A DNA stretch of 63,103 nucleotides, filler included, from Acidimicrobiia bacterium (GTDB taxonomy: Bacteria; Actinomycetota; Acidimicrobiia; Spongiisociales; SHLN01), in NCBI GenBank assembly GCA_041619515.1. It is 4 parts of 4 records of this genome, joined end to end, with 100 filler letters (N's around TTAATTAATTAA, not from the genome) between each part and the next. Parts side by side here need not be neighbours in the genome. Positions count along the whole stretch, not along the records: positions 18,182 to 36,234 come from JBFKDW010000066.1; 3 more parts are not named here. One strand, 5' to 3'. Within the stretch, counting starts at the first letter, position 1, and each line of letters begins with the position of its first letter. Shown here in pieces: positions 19,886 through 29,705 of the stretch. The position numbers and the translations under genes were made by a program. The notes below the pieces were generated by a model. That model was not told the DNA's origin and searched no databases. It saw nothing but the letters and a program-made list of their open reading frames with translations.

Positions 19886-22508
19886 GGTCTTCACCGGCCG
19901 ATTGCTGCTGAGCGATCCGGCGCACCGCGCCGGTGGTTCCGTCGACAACGAGGTCTTCGCCGGTGGCTATGGCCTGGGTGGCATCCGAGACATTGAGCAC
20001 CGCAGGGAGCCCGAACTCGCGGGCGACGATCGCCGCATGTGACAGAGGGCCTCCCTCTTCCAGCACGATGCCGCCGGCAACCAGGAAGAGCGGGGTCCAG
20101 GATGGATCGGTGCTGTGGGCCACGATGATCTCACCTGGTTCCAACGCGGTACCGGCCTCGAGTGAGCCCAGGACTCGTGCCTTGCCGCGGGCAACGCCCG
20201 GACTCGCCGCCCAACCCTGCATGACCGGCCCGGTCGGCACCTCTGATGGACCGACCGAGTCGGGATCGCCCTGAAACACTTCGGGCAGGGGCCCGGCATC
20301 ACGCGCCCTCGCGACGGCTCGCCGCCGGCGCTCCAGCTCTTGGCCAAACACGGGTTCGGCTCCCTGCAGCATCTGCTCGAGCTCACCGTCCGACAGCAGC
20401 TCGACGTCGCCCATGAAGCTCAGATGACCGGACGCCACCAGCCGATCGGCCATCTCGAAGATGGCCCGGCGCTCGGCGCCGCCCAGCACCAGCAGCGACG
20501 ACTTGGCGTCCTCGCGACAACGCAGAAAGAGCGTCGCTTCCTCGACCATGCGCCGCAGCATGCGGAGACGCATGTCGATGAGCTGGCCGGTGATGACCCG
20601 CTTCAGTTGCCAGCGCCGGGAGCCTTTGAGAATGCCGATGAGCTCGGCCAGGCTGTCACCACCGTTCTCGGCCGGGTCCCGTTTTCTGGCAAACGAGCTC
20701 AGCTGGCTCCAAACGCCGACCATGTCCTCGCTCCACGTGCGCCCGGCGTACACGGCCTGGGCGCCGAATCCCCTGACGCAATGGTCGACCTCTTCGAGGA
20801 ACGCGAGGCCGCGCACCCCGAGTGCCTCAATGCGGGCGCGCGGCTCGGATCCCCCCTCCCGGAGCGCTGATTGCAGGGCAGGAGTCCCTGTCGCGTGGCT
20901 TTCATAGATCATTCGCAGCCGGTTGACTCGCCCGGCTCCGACCGAGGACTCGGCCAGGGTGCCGGCCGTCAAGCGCTGCGCCCACTGGACGCCCTCGTCT
21001 TCACCCAGCCAGCGGCCGATCTGAACTTCGAGCGCCCGATACGCACCGGCGGCGGCACTGGAAGCGGCTACTTCGGTGGCGTAGATGCGCCAGGCAAGGT
21101 CCCGAATACGAGACCGGTAGCGGAGCAATCGCTCGGCGGGCAGCCGGCCCAGGTCGATATCGAGCTGGACGATTCCGTGGACTGCGTGCCGGATGAGCTG
21201 CACCTCGTCGGCCAGCAGGCGATTGGCCCGCCAGTTGCGAAACGCGCCCATCAGCCGGGCAACCACTCCACCCCGGGCTTCCGGGACCTCGTGATCGTGG
21301 TCATGGTCGAGGACGTGGCCCAGGTACTGGCGTTCAACCTCTTCGCCGGAGCCACCGGGCAGAGCTGAGGCCGCCTCTCGCAGGACGCTCAAATTGAGGG
21401 TGGCCCGTCCCCGGAACCGACCCACGACCCGCCTGCCGACTCCTGCACTCGGCACCCCGATCTTCGCGAACAGCGACCGGAATGCATCCTCCAACATGGG
21501 AGCGTTGATCGTCCACAGCAGAGGGGGCACGACCCCAGGCAGCATCTCCGATACGCCCCGCGGAGTGTGCTCGTCGTGACCGCTCCCGCGGGTATCGAAG
21601 CCGTCGTCGTGCACGGCCAGCGGCCTGGCGACCGTTATCGGCCGCGCTTGCAGCACCCGCAGCCCTCCGGCCGTCATCGCCCACTCGATGTCCTGGGGCG
21701 AGCCTGCCCGGTTCTCGATCCGCCGACCAAGCCGGGCCAGGTCCTCGAGGAAATCGAGCTGGCTTCTCTCTCCCCGGGCACGAATGGCCAGGCTGCGCCG
21801 ATCGATCACAAAGCTGTGTGGTGTCACCCGTCCCGAGACGAGGTCGTCACCCAGGCCGGGAACCGCCTCCACCTTGATGTCGAGGGCGGATCCTTGCGGA
21901 TCGCGGGTGAACATGACGCCGGCCCAGATAGCTCGTGCCATCGACTGGATGATGACCGCCATCGCCAGGTCGTCCTCGGCGATGTGCTCCCGGCGTCGAT
22001 AGCTGCGCACCTGCGGCGACCAGAGCGAGGCCCAGCAGCGCCGGACCGCCACCAGCGCCTCTTCGGCGGTCCGGATCCCCAGGAACGTCTCATACTGTCC
22101 GGCGAAGGAGGCAGTGACCATGTCCTCGGCCGTTGCCGAGGAACGAACTGCGATCGGCCCGTCCGAGAGGAACTCGCCGACCAGCGCCCGCATCTCGTCC
22201 TCCAGCTCGGGTGACATCTCGGGTTCGAGGAATTCGGCCTCCACCCGGGTGCGGTCGGCGGCGATCTCGTCGGCGGAAGGCAGCGGCCCGTGCTGCAGCT
22301 CCTTCAAGAATGGCTCGAGGCCCGCCTCCCGCACAAAGGCCCGGTAGGCGCGAGCATGGATCACGGCCGCGCGCGGGACGGGAAAGCCGTCCGCCACGAG
22401 CCGGTCGAGCGAGGAGGCCTTGCCTCCGACATCGGTGGCAACACTCCCACGCCCGTCCAGGAATTGGGCGTATTGGTAGTCCACGGGCACTTTCAGGTTA
22501 CGTCCCAT
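19878..22508 (-). CDS. PEP-utilising enzyme: PPDK-type ATP-grasp, large central domain and phospho-His swivel domain (RPH-like architecture)
   Basis: VGGKA, AVRSSATAED…SFAGQYET, QDIEWA, LQARP; C-terminal TDPSWTPLF…GGPLSHAAIVAREFGLPAV. Confidence 0.88.
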   Translation of the reverse strand: MGRNLKVPVDYQYAQFLDGRGSVATDVGGKASSLDRLVADGFPVPRAAVIHARAYRAFVREAGLEPFLKELQHGPLPSADEIAADRTRVEAEFLEPEMSPELEDEMRALVGEFLSDGPIAVRSSATAEDMVTASFAGQYETFLGIRTAEEALVAVRRCWASLWSPQVRSYRRREHIAEDDLAMAVIIQSMARAIWAGVMFTRDPQGSALDIKVEAVPGLGDDLVSGRVTPHSFVIDRRSLAIRARGERSQLDFLEDLARLGRRIENRAGSPQDIEWAMTAGGLRVLQARPITVARPLAVHDDGFDTRGSGHDEHTPRGVSEMLPGVVPPLLWTINAPMLEDAFRSLFAKIGVPSAGVGRRVVGRFRGRATLNLSVLREAASALPGGSGEEVERQYLGHVLDHDHDHEVPEARGGVVARLMGAFRNWRANRLLADEVQLIRHAVHGIVQLDIDLGRLPAERLLRYRSRIRDLAWRIYATEVAASSAAAGAYRALEVQIGRWLGEDEGVQWAQRLTAGTLAESSVGAGRVNRLRMIYESHATGTPALQSALREGGSEPRARIEALGVRGLAFLEEVDHCVRGFGAQAVYAGRTWSEDMVGVWSQLSSFARKRDPAENGGDSLAELIGILKGSRRWQLKRVITGQLIDMRLRMLRRMVEEATLFLRCREDAKSSLLVLGGAERRAIFEMADRLVASGHLSFMGDVELLSDGELEQMLQGAEPVFGQELERRRRAVARARDAGPLPEVFQGDPDSVGPSEVPTGPVMQGWAASPGVARGKARVLGSLEAGTALEPGEIIVAHSTDPSWTPLFLVAGGIVLEEGGPLSHAAIVAREFGLPAVLNVSDATQAIATGEDLVVDGTTGAVRRIAQQQSAGEDRG

Positions 22509-22621
22509 CGGGCGTGCGTGCTGCCATTCAACCGGTGATCGCCCGCAATGCTTCCCGCTCACCGCAGGTACCGGGTGTGGGCCGCGGTGGGATCGGGCCG
22601 GGCCCGGGGCTTTCGTCGGTG

Positions 22622-23113
22622 CTACAGCTCGGGACGGCGCCAGGCGTTTGCGAGCGAATCGGCGTACTCGTTCCACAGCGACCCGTCGTGAGCACGGATC
22701 CAGCGCAGGGTGAGCTCGGGCCGGGACTGCAGCTTGTAGTAGAGCTCTTTGACGAGCGGCAGGTTCTTGATGGGACCGGTCTTGCGTTTCCAACCGCGGC
22801 GCTCCCAGCCGGCGGCCCACTCGTTCATCGACTTCACCGCCAGATTCGAGTCGCTGTACACCGTGGTCGGCGTCCCTTCCGGCACGAGATCACACCCCCG
22901 AATGAGCGCAACCAGCTCCATCCGGTTGTTGGTGGTATCGGGGTCGTGGCCGTGCGCATACTCGACGATCTCGCCGCTCACGACGTACACCGCCCCCCAG
23001 CCTCCCGGCCCGGGATTGGGGACCGACCCGCCGTCGGTGAACACCCCGGTCTGGGGGCCGTCGGAGTAGCGCTCCAGCACCTCCGCAACAGTGAGGAGTT
23101 CGGCAGTTGTCAT
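22622..23113 (-). CDS. rnhA: ribonuclease HI
   Basis: FTDGGSVPNPGPGGWG, TTNNRMEL, SDS, WIRAH…NEYAD. Confidence 0.93.
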   Translation of the reverse strand: MTTAELLTVAEVLERYSDGPQTGVFTDGGSVPNPGPGGWGAVYVVSGEIVEYAHGHDPDTTNNRMELVALIRGCDLVPEGTPTTVYSDSNLAVKSMNEWAAGWERRGWKRKTGPIKNLPLVKELYYKLQSRPELTLRWIRAHDGSLWNEYADSLANAWRRPEL

Positions 23114-23213
23114 CGGACCGGGAGGCTACTCGCCGGCTCCGGTCACGCGGCGGTATTCGGCCTCGCGCCTTGAGATCGCCGGCTAGGGCCGCCGTCGTGG
23201 TCTACTTGTCGGC

Positions 23214-23696
23214 ATGCGCCGCCTTCTCCTCTTCGTAGCCGGGATGGTCATCGTCGGTGCCTGCGCTTCCGGAGGCGGCGTCGGCGACGTTCCACCACTG
23301 CCCGAGACGTCCGCCGACGAGTTGCAGGACTTGATCGCCGGGACCGACCATCCCCTCATCATCAACGTGTGGGCATCCTGGTGCATCCCGTGCCGCTCAG
23401 AGGCCCCCCTGCTGCGTGCCGCCCACGATGCGTTCGGCACCGAGGTCCGGTTCGTCGGTCTGAACGTCCGCGACGGCCAGGATTCCGCCCGGGCCTTTCT
23501 CAACGAGTTCGAGCTCACCGTGTTCACTCACTACGCCGACCCGTCGGGGGCAGCGCAGGGCTCTCTCGGAGCGGGAGGGGTCCCCCTCACCCTGTTCTAT
23601 GCCGCAGGAGGCGAGCTCGTGGAGCTCCACTTCGGCGTGATCGACGAGCGAACCCTCGCCCTGAACATCGACGAGATCATCAGGAGAAGCGGCTGA
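23214..23696 (+). CDS. TlpA-family thioredoxin-like lipoprotein (CcmG/ResA-like)
   Basis: Lipobox VGAC; NVWASWCIPCRSEAP; GVP. Confidence 0.9.
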   Translation: MRRLLLFVAGMVIVGACASGGGVGDVPPLPETSADELQDLIAGTDHPLIINVWASWCIPCRSEAPLLRAAHDAFGTEVRFVGLNVRDGQDSARAFLNEFELTVFTHYADPSGAAQGSLGAGGVPLTLFYAAGGELVELHFGVIDERTLALNIDEIIRRSG

Positions 23697-24409
23697 TGGA
23701 GTTCACCCTGCTGTGGGCGGCCCTTTCCGGGGCGGGGGCGCTCTACGGCGCCCTGTGGTGGATGGGCCGCCGGGACGCCCGGCTGTGCGTGCGCGACCTG
23801 TGGGAGATCGCGCTCACCGCAGCCCTCGTCGGGCTGGCGGTCGGCCGCCTCGTTGCGATCGCCCGGAGTGGCGTCAATCCCTTCAGCCATCCGGGCGACC
23901 TGATTCTGGTCCGGGCCGGGGTGGACACTGTGGCGGCTACCGCCGGATCCCTGGCAACCGCAGCCTGGATGGCGCGTCGCACGCGGTTCGAGCAGCTGGA
24001 TGGCCTCGCCCCCGCCGCCCTCTTCGGTGTAGCCGGATGGCATGCCGGATGTGTGTTCCGCGGTGCCTGCCTCGGCACGCCTGCGTCGCTCCCGTGGGCA
24101 TGGGGACAGCCGGGAAGCGAGATCACCCGCCACCCCGTCGAGCTCTACACAGCCCTGCTGCTGGCGATGGCGGCCTGGGCCCTCTTCCGGCTGTGGCTGC
24201 GCGATCCGCCGGCGGGGATGGTGACCGGTTTGGCGCTGGCGGCTGCCGGGCTCAGCCGCCTGGCAACCGAGCCCATTCGCCCAGCCCTGCTCGCCGGCCC
24301 GGTGTGGTGGTACGCGGCCGCCGCCGTCATAGGTGGTGGGCTGGCCGGCTGGTCGCTGCGCTTTGGCCGGTCGGCCGGTACCCTCCCCGGCCCGTCGCCG
24401 CTACAGTGA
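23696..24409 (+). CDS. prolipoprotein diacylglyceryl transferase-like membrane protein (divergent)
   Basis: GC…GACLG…LPWA, RHPVELY; TGATG coupling to the TlpA gene. Confidence 0.7.
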   Translation: MEFTLLWAALSGAGALYGALWWMGRRDARLCVRDLWEIALTAALVGLAVGRLVAIARSGVNPFSHPGDLILVRAGVDTVAATAGSLATAAWMARRTRFEQLDGLAPAALFGVAGWHAGCVFRGACLGTPASLPWAWGQPGSEITRHPVELYTALLLAMAAWALFRLWLRDPPAGMVTGLALAAAGLSRLATEPIRPALLAGPVWWYAAAAVIGGGLAGWSLRFGRSAGTLPGPSPLQ

Positions 24410-24415
24410 CCCGCC

Positions 24416-24763
24416 ATGTTCCAGCCGCCCCAGCCCGAAGTCCCTGCGGTGACCGCCTCCGAGGCTGCTTCGATGATCGAGGAGGGTGCGCTGCTCATAG
24501 ACATCCGGGAGGTGGACGAGTGGCAGGCAATGCGAATCCCCGGCGCCGACTTCAAGCCGCTGTCACAGATACAGGAGTGGTTCGAGGATCTCCCCCGGGA
24601 TGTCGACATCATCCTGCAGTGCCGATCCGGCAACCGCTCGGCCCACGCCACCCACGCCCTCATCAACCAGGCGGATTTCGAGCGGGTCTACAACCTCTCG
24701 GGAGGTCTGATCGCCTGGCACAGCGCAAACCTACCGGTCGATCGGGGGCCGGCACCGGCTTGA
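24416..24763 (+). CDS. rhodanese-like domain protein
   Basis: LIDIREVDEW, CRSGNRS, NLSGGLIAW. Confidence 0.9.
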   Translation: MFQPPQPEVPAVTASEAASMIEEGALLIDIREVDEWQAMRIPGADFKPLSQIQEWFEDLPRDVDIILQCRSGNRSAHATHALINQADFERVYNLSGGLIAWHSANLPVDRGPAPA

Positions 24764-24810
24764 CCGGCCCCGGCACCCGCCCCGCCCAAACTCTCCGTAC
24801 ACTCTCAAAG

Positions 24811-25455
24811 GTGAACGCAAATTCGCTCGTTTCCCTCGAGAACGTCGGCCTCCGCATCGGCAACACGCTTATCCTTCGCCAGGCCAAATTCGAGCTCGAG
24901 CCCGGCGAGAAGGTCGGGCTGCTCGGCCCCAATGGCTCGGGAAAGACCACGCTGCTCCGAATCATCGCCACCCTGCTGCGGCCCACGAGTGGTTCCGGCG
25001 TCGTGCTGGGGGCCGAACTGGGCACAGACGCCGTCTACGATGTACGGCACCGGATCGTGATGGTCGGACATCTGCCCGGGCTCTATCCGGAGCTCACGCT
25101 CGGCGAGAACACCCGCTTCGTTGCCCGCCTCACCGGGCACCCCGTCGATGTCGCCGACGAAGCCCTGGCCATGGTCGGTTTGGCGGGCGCATCCGCGAGA
25201 CGGGCCGACCAGAGCTCCAAGGGCATGTTGCGCCGGGCCGAACTTGCCCGGGCCCTCATCATCGAGCCTTCGTTGCTGCTCCTGGACGAGGCTCACGCCG
25301 GGCTCGACGCCGAGGCCATCGGCTTGGTCGACGGCATCGCCCACCAGGTCGTGACGGCCGGGGGTGCGGTCGTGCTGGTCAGCCACGAGCCGGATCGCCT
25401 GAATGTGGACCGATCGGTGCAAATCACCGACGGGACGCTGGAGGCGGCCTCATGA
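24811..25455 (+). CDS. ccmA: heme exporter ATP-binding protein
   Basis: GPNGSGKT, SKGM, LLLDE; directly upstream of ccmB. Confidence 0.85.
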   Translation: MNANSLVSLENVGLRIGNTLILRQAKFELEPGEKVGLLGPNGSGKTTLLRIIATLLRPTSGSGVVLGAELGTDAVYDVRHRIVMVGHLPGLYPELTLGENTRFVARLTGHPVDVADEALAMVGLAGASARRADQSSKGMLRRAELARALIIEPSLLLLDEAHAGLDAEAIGLVDGIAHQVVTAGGAVVLVSHEPDRLNVDRSVQITDGTLEAAS

Positions 25456-26120
25456 CGTTCTGGCGGCAGGTGTACGAGATCGCCCGCAAGGATCTACAGG
25501 TGGAGTCCCGCACCGCCGAGGTGGCCCTCATGACCGCCCCCTTCGGTGCGGCGGCCCTCATCATGATCCCGCTCGCGATCGGAACCGACGCCCCGCTGCT
25601 CAGCGACCTCGGCCCCGGCCTGTACTGGATCGTGGTGCTGCTGTTCGGGATCCTCGTCATCCTGCGCAAGAGCGCTGTGGACGGCGGGCCACAGCGTGAC
25701 CTGGTTCGGCTGCTCGGGATCGACCCGGCTGCTCGTTTCGCCGGTGCCACCATCGCCACGTCCCTCCTCGTGCTCCTCTTCGAAGTGGCGTTGGGCCCGG
25801 TTCTCGTGGCGCTGTACAACCCGGACCTCAGAGGCTGGCCATGGCTGTTCCTCATCCTGCCCCTGGTCGCCGTCGGGATGGGGCTGCTCGGGACCATCGC
25901 CGGCGGGGTCACCACCAGCCTCGGCACCCGTACGTCCCTGACCCCGCTGCTGGTCGTTCCTCTGGCGCTCCCCCTGCTGCTCGGGGCTACTCAGGCTTTC
26001 GAGGGTTTGCAGCTCGGAGGGAGTATCGTTCCATGGCTGGTCCTGCTGGTATCGGTTGACCTGGCCCTGGCAGTGTCGGGGGTGCTGGCATCGGGACCGA
26101 TGGAGGAGGCTGTGACATGA
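25452..26120 (+). CDS. ccmB: heme exporter permease
   Basis: ARKDLQVESRT, PGLYW, LTPLLVVPLALPLL. Confidence 0.85.
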   Translation: MTFWRQVYEIARKDLQVESRTAEVALMTAPFGAAALIMIPLAIGTDAPLLSDLGPGLYWIVVLLFGILVILRKSAVDGGPQRDLVRLLGIDPAARFAGATIATSLLVLLFEVALGPVLVALYNPDLRGWPWLFLILPLVAVGMGLLGTIAGGVTTSLGTRTSLTPLLVVPLALPLLLGATQAFEGLQLGGSIVPWLVLLVSVDLALAVSGVLASGPMEEAVT

Positions 26121-26836
26121 CCCACTTGCGCCGCTACTGGCTGGAGAGCCTGGCGGTTGTGGTCGTGGCTGGGAGCGTCGCCAGGTCGTTCACCGTCGAG
26201 GCCGATGTCGTCCAGGGTGACGTCCAGCGCATCATGTATGTTCACGTCCCCAGCGCCTGGCTCGCCTTTCTCGCCTTCGTCGTGACCATGATCGGCTCGG
26301 TGGCGTGGCTGCGTACCCGCAACCGCCGATGGGACCGGCTGGCGGCCTCGTCGGCCGAGATCGGGGTCGTCTTCACCGGTCTCGCCATACTGGCGGGGAT
26401 GATCTGGGCCCGGCCGGTGTGGGGACAATTCTGGACCTGGGAGCCCAGGCTGGTCACCACCGCTCTCCTGTTCTTCGTCTATCTCGGGTACCTGGCGCTG
26501 CGCAGGGCGGTCATCGACCCGGTGCAGCGGGCCCAGCGTGCAGCAATCATGGGAATCGTGGCGGCGGTCCAGATTCCGATCGTCTATTACTCGGTCGACT
26601 GGTGGCGGAGCCTCCACCAGGCGTCGAGCCGCAACAGCATCGACACCCCCCTGCGGATCACCCTGTTGCTGGGCGTTCTTGCCTTCACCTTTGTCTATGC
26701 GGCCATCCTGCGCCGGCGGTTGGAACTCGCCCGCCTGGAGGAGGAACTCGAGGTCAAACGCTTCGAGGCGAGCCCCGACGTGGCCGGCGCCGGAATCACC
26801 GCTCCCTCCCTCGCAAGGGCCCTCCAGCGTGATTGA
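26117..26836 (+). CDS. ccmC: heme chaperone loader CcmC
   Basis: YVHVPSAW, WWD motif WARPVWGQFWTWEPRL, WWRSLHQ. Confidence 0.93.
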   Translation: MTHLRRYWLESLAVVVVAGSVARSFTVEADVVQGDVQRIMYVHVPSAWLAFLAFVVTMIGSVAWLRTRNRRWDRLAASSAEIGVVFTGLAILAGMIWARPVWGQFWTWEPRLVTTALLFFVYLGYLALRRAVIDPVQRAQRAAIMGIVAAVQIPIVYYSVDWWRSLHQASSRNSIDTPLRITLLLGVLAFTFVYAAILRRRLELARLEEELEVKRFEASPDVAGAGITAPSLARALQRD

Positions 26837-26978
26837 TCTCGTCGGTGCCCAAGTAGACAACGCCTGGTGGTACGTGGCGGTCGCCTACACCATTATCCTC
26901 GGTGGCATGGTCGCCTTCATCGCCTGGCTGGGGCTTCGGACGCGGCGCGTCCGCCGCGAGCTGGATCAGCTGTCATGA
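26829..26978 (+). CDS. ccmD: CcmD-like small membrane protein
   Basis: 49 aa between ccmC and ccmE; WYVAVAY, TM, basic tail. Confidence 0.7.
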   Translation: MIDLVGAQVDNAWWYVAVAYTIILGGMVAFIAWLGLRTRRVRRELDQLS

Positions 26979-27400
26979 GATATCGGGCCTTTCTCATACC
27001 CGCCATCGGCATCCTCATCGTTCTGGGTGGACTGGTGCTGACGTTCACGTTGAATGACAGCTTCGTCTATTACATGACACCCACGGAGGCCATTGACGCC
27101 AGGGCCGATTTCGCCGACGGCAGGCGATTCCGGCTGTCGGGGGTGGTTGTCCCGGGGTCCGTCATGCAGCTGGACGAAGGCGTACGGTTCGACGCACAGG
27201 ACCCGGCCGCGGCCGACATCGTGGTGACCGTGGTCCATACGAGATCCGCGCCTCAGCTGTTCCAGGAGAACATCGGCGTCGTGGTCGAAGGCGCCTGGGA
27301 GGGGAACGAATTCCACTCCGATTTCATGCTCATCAAGCATGACGAGGAGTACCGGGTTCCCGAGGACGGGAACTACAAGGACGGCGGCGAGGCTAGCTGA
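26975..27400 (+). CDS. ccmE: heme chaperone CcmE
   Basis: YYMTPTE, PQLFQE..GVVVEG, heme motif KHDEEY. Confidence 0.92.
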   Translation: MRYRAFLIPAIGILIVLGGLVLTFTLNDSFVYYMTPTEAIDARADFADGRRFRLSGVVVPGSVMQLDEGVRFDAQDPAAADIVVTVVHTRSAPQLFQENIGVVVEGAWEGNEFHSDFMLIKHDEEYRVPEDGNYKDGGEAS

Positions 27401-28418
27401 GCTGCCTGCTCAGCTTGGCCGCGCCTTCCAGCACCGCCAGGGCCGCTCCCGAGTCGATGGATTGCGCCGCCAGGCCCATGGCTTCGGTGAAACCGTTGAC
27501 CAGGCCGGCTGCAACGATGCCGGGGGCGGCGTTGACCAGCACGATGTCACGCTTGGGACCATGATCGCCGCTGAGAACGGAGCGGGTGATGGCCAGGTTG
27601 TCGGCGGCACTCCCCCCTTTCAGGTCCCCGATTGTCGCCCTCTCCACTCCGAAGTCCTCCGGGGTCCACTCGGCGTGGGTGATCTCACCGTCTCGTAGTC
27701 GGTAGATGTAGGACGGGCCGGTCGTCGTCAGCTCGTCGAGCCCGTCCTCGCCGTAGAACACGAAAGCAGAGGTCGTGCCGCGATTTCGCAGCACTTCGAT
27801 CATGAGCGCGGCCATAGCCGGGTCAGACGTCCCAACCGACATGTGCTTGGCTCCCGCCGGGTTGCACAGCGGACCGAGGAAGTTGAACACCGTTCTGATC
27901 CCGAGCTCTTTGCGAACCGGCGCGGCGTGGCGCATCGCCGGGTGGTAACGCGGGGCGAAGAAGAAGCCGAATCCGGCCTCCTTGACCATCCGAACCGTCG
28001 AATCGGGGGCGAGCTCGAGGTCGAACCCGAGTGCTTCGAGCAAATCCGCCGACCCGGTTTGGGACGAGGCTGCCCGGTTCCCGTGTTTGGCGACCTTGGC
28101 CCCCGCCCCGGCCACGACGAAAGCGGCCGTTGTCGAGATGTTGAAGGTTCCGGCCTGGTCACCGCCGGTGCCCACGACATCGACAACCGGCTCACCCACC
28201 TCGACGGTGAGGGCCGCCTCGTACATGGCATCTACAAGACCGGTCATCTCTTCCGCCGTTTCGCCCTTGGCTCGCAGCGAGACGATGAATGCCGCGATCT
28301 GGGCGTCGGTTGCCTCCCCGCCCATGACTGCCGACATGGCGGCATGGGCCTGGTTGCGGGTGAGGTCGGTGCCGGCCATGAGCGGGTCGAGCACGGAAGG
28401 CCACTGAAATTCGGGCAT
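27393..28418 (-). CDS. trpD: anthranilate phosphoribosyltransferase
   Basis: GTGGD, FNIST, KHGNRAASS, GLDE. Confidence 0.95.
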   Translation of the reverse strand: MPEFQWPSVLDPLMAGTDLTRNQAHAAMSAVMGGEATDAQIAAFIVSLRAKGETAEEMTGLVDAMYEAALTVEVGEPVVDVVGTGGDQAGTFNISTTAAFVVAGAGAKVAKHGNRAASSQTGSADLLEALGFDLELAPDSTVRMVKEAGFGFFFAPRYHPAMRHAAPVRKELGIRTVFNFLGPLCNPAGAKHMSVGTSDPAMAALMIEVLRNRGTTSAFVFYGEDGLDELTTTGPSYIYRLRDGEITHAEWTPEDFGVERATIGDLKGGSAADNLAITRSVLSGDHGPKRDIVLVNAAPGIVAAGLVNGFTEAMGLAAQSIDSGAALAVLEGAAKLSRQLS

Positions 28419-28491
28419 GGTGCGGCAACGGTAGTAGCCGCCCGGCTCCGGGTTGCCGAATCCGTGCTCCCGGCGCAGTAGTGGATGCCGG

Positions 28492-29634
28492 TTAGACCGG
28501 TTCCTGTGCCCCGAGCGTCAGAGCCGCTCCCCCGAGGACGAGTGCAACGGCCGCCACCACCAGGGCGGGCCCGATCGACTCGAGACCGTAGCGATTGACC
28601 GAAACCCCGATGGCGCCGGGGATGGCGGCTGCCCCGAGGGAGGCGGCGGCAAGCTGGTAGCCGATGGCGGTGGGGGTGAAAGCTGCGCCGAGGCGGCCGG
28701 GCGTGAGCAGGGTGAGCAGCGGGAAGATCGGCGCCAGGCTGAACCCGACGATCAGGAGCCCGGCGGCCCCGATCCAATCGAGCGGGTTCCACCACAGCAG
28801 CGTGACGCCGACGAGGGCGGCGAGCATCCCGGCTCTCACCAGCCGCTCCGGTTGAGCCCCATCGCCTAATCCCGCTACCGCCAGGCGTCCGGCAGTGAAG
28901 CTCCCCCAGTAGCCGGTGACGAGGAGCCCTGCCAGGACCGGGGCAAAATCCCTCGATTCGGTCAGCAGCGTATACGCCCACTGCCCGGCGGCTACCTCGA
29001 CTCCGGTGTAGACGAAGAAGACGATGAGGCTCAGCACCAGGATCGGCCGCCCGGGCGCAGGCTCGGGCCGTCGGTGAGAACCGTCGGCAACCACCCACCG
29101 CCTCCGGGTTCGCCAGAACTCCATCGCAAGCCCGGCCTGGACGACGGACAGGATGGCGTATCCGGCTCGCCACGATCCGGCTGCCGCCAGCACGAACGTC
29201 ATGACCAGCGGCCCGAGGGTTGCTCCGAGGCCGAAGCTGGCGTGCAGCAGGTTTATGGCGCGGCTGCCGTGGTGCAGCGCGGCGTGCGCGTTCATGCCTG
29301 CGTCGATGAGCCCGCCGGCGGCGCCGAGGAGCGCCGCCGCCGCGACGAGCAGCAGCCACGTGCCTGCGGCCGCGTACATTCCGAGGGCCAGCGCCGCGGC
29401 AGCCGACGAGGCCACCAGCATCCAGCCCAGCTCGAAGCGCCGGATCAGCCTTCCGTTGGCCACCGTGGAGAGCAGATAGCCGGCCGTGTACACGGCAAGC
29501 ACCAGGCCCAGCTCACCCAGCGGCCGGTCGAACCGCTCGCTGATCGAAGGCCAGGCAACCCCGAGCGCCCCTTCGGGCATGCCCAGGGCGATGAAGCCGG
29601 CGAAGGAGAGGCCCAGCAGGCTACGGGGAGACAT
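28492..29634 (-). CDS. MFS transporter
   Basis: About 12 hydrophobic helices; LGVAWPSI, IDAGMN, LHASFGLGATLGP. Confidence 0.9.
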   Translation of the reverse strand: MSPRSLLGLSFAGFIALGMPEGALGVAWPSISERFDRPLGELGLVLAVYTAGYLLSTVANGRLIRRFELGWMLVASSAAAALALGMYAAAGTWLLLVAAAALLGAAGGLIDAGMNAHAALHHGSRAINLLHASFGLGATLGPLVMTFVLAAAGSWRAGYAILSVVQAGLAMEFWRTRRRWVVADGSHRRPEPAPGRPILVLSLIVFFVYTGVEVAAGQWAYTLLTESRDFAPVLAGLLVTGYWGSFTAGRLAVAGLGDGAQPERLVRAGMLAALVGVTLLWWNPLDWIGAAGLLIVGFSLAPIFPLLTLLTPGRLGAAFTPTAIGYQLAAASLGAAAIPGAIGVSVNRYGLESIGPALVVAAVALVLGGAALTLGAQEPV

Positions 29635-29705
29635 TGTGACAGGCTATCGGCCGGCGGTGCTCGGCTCCGGGCGGTCGGTGAGCGCCCCCCAGGCCCGGGG
29701 ATGCT

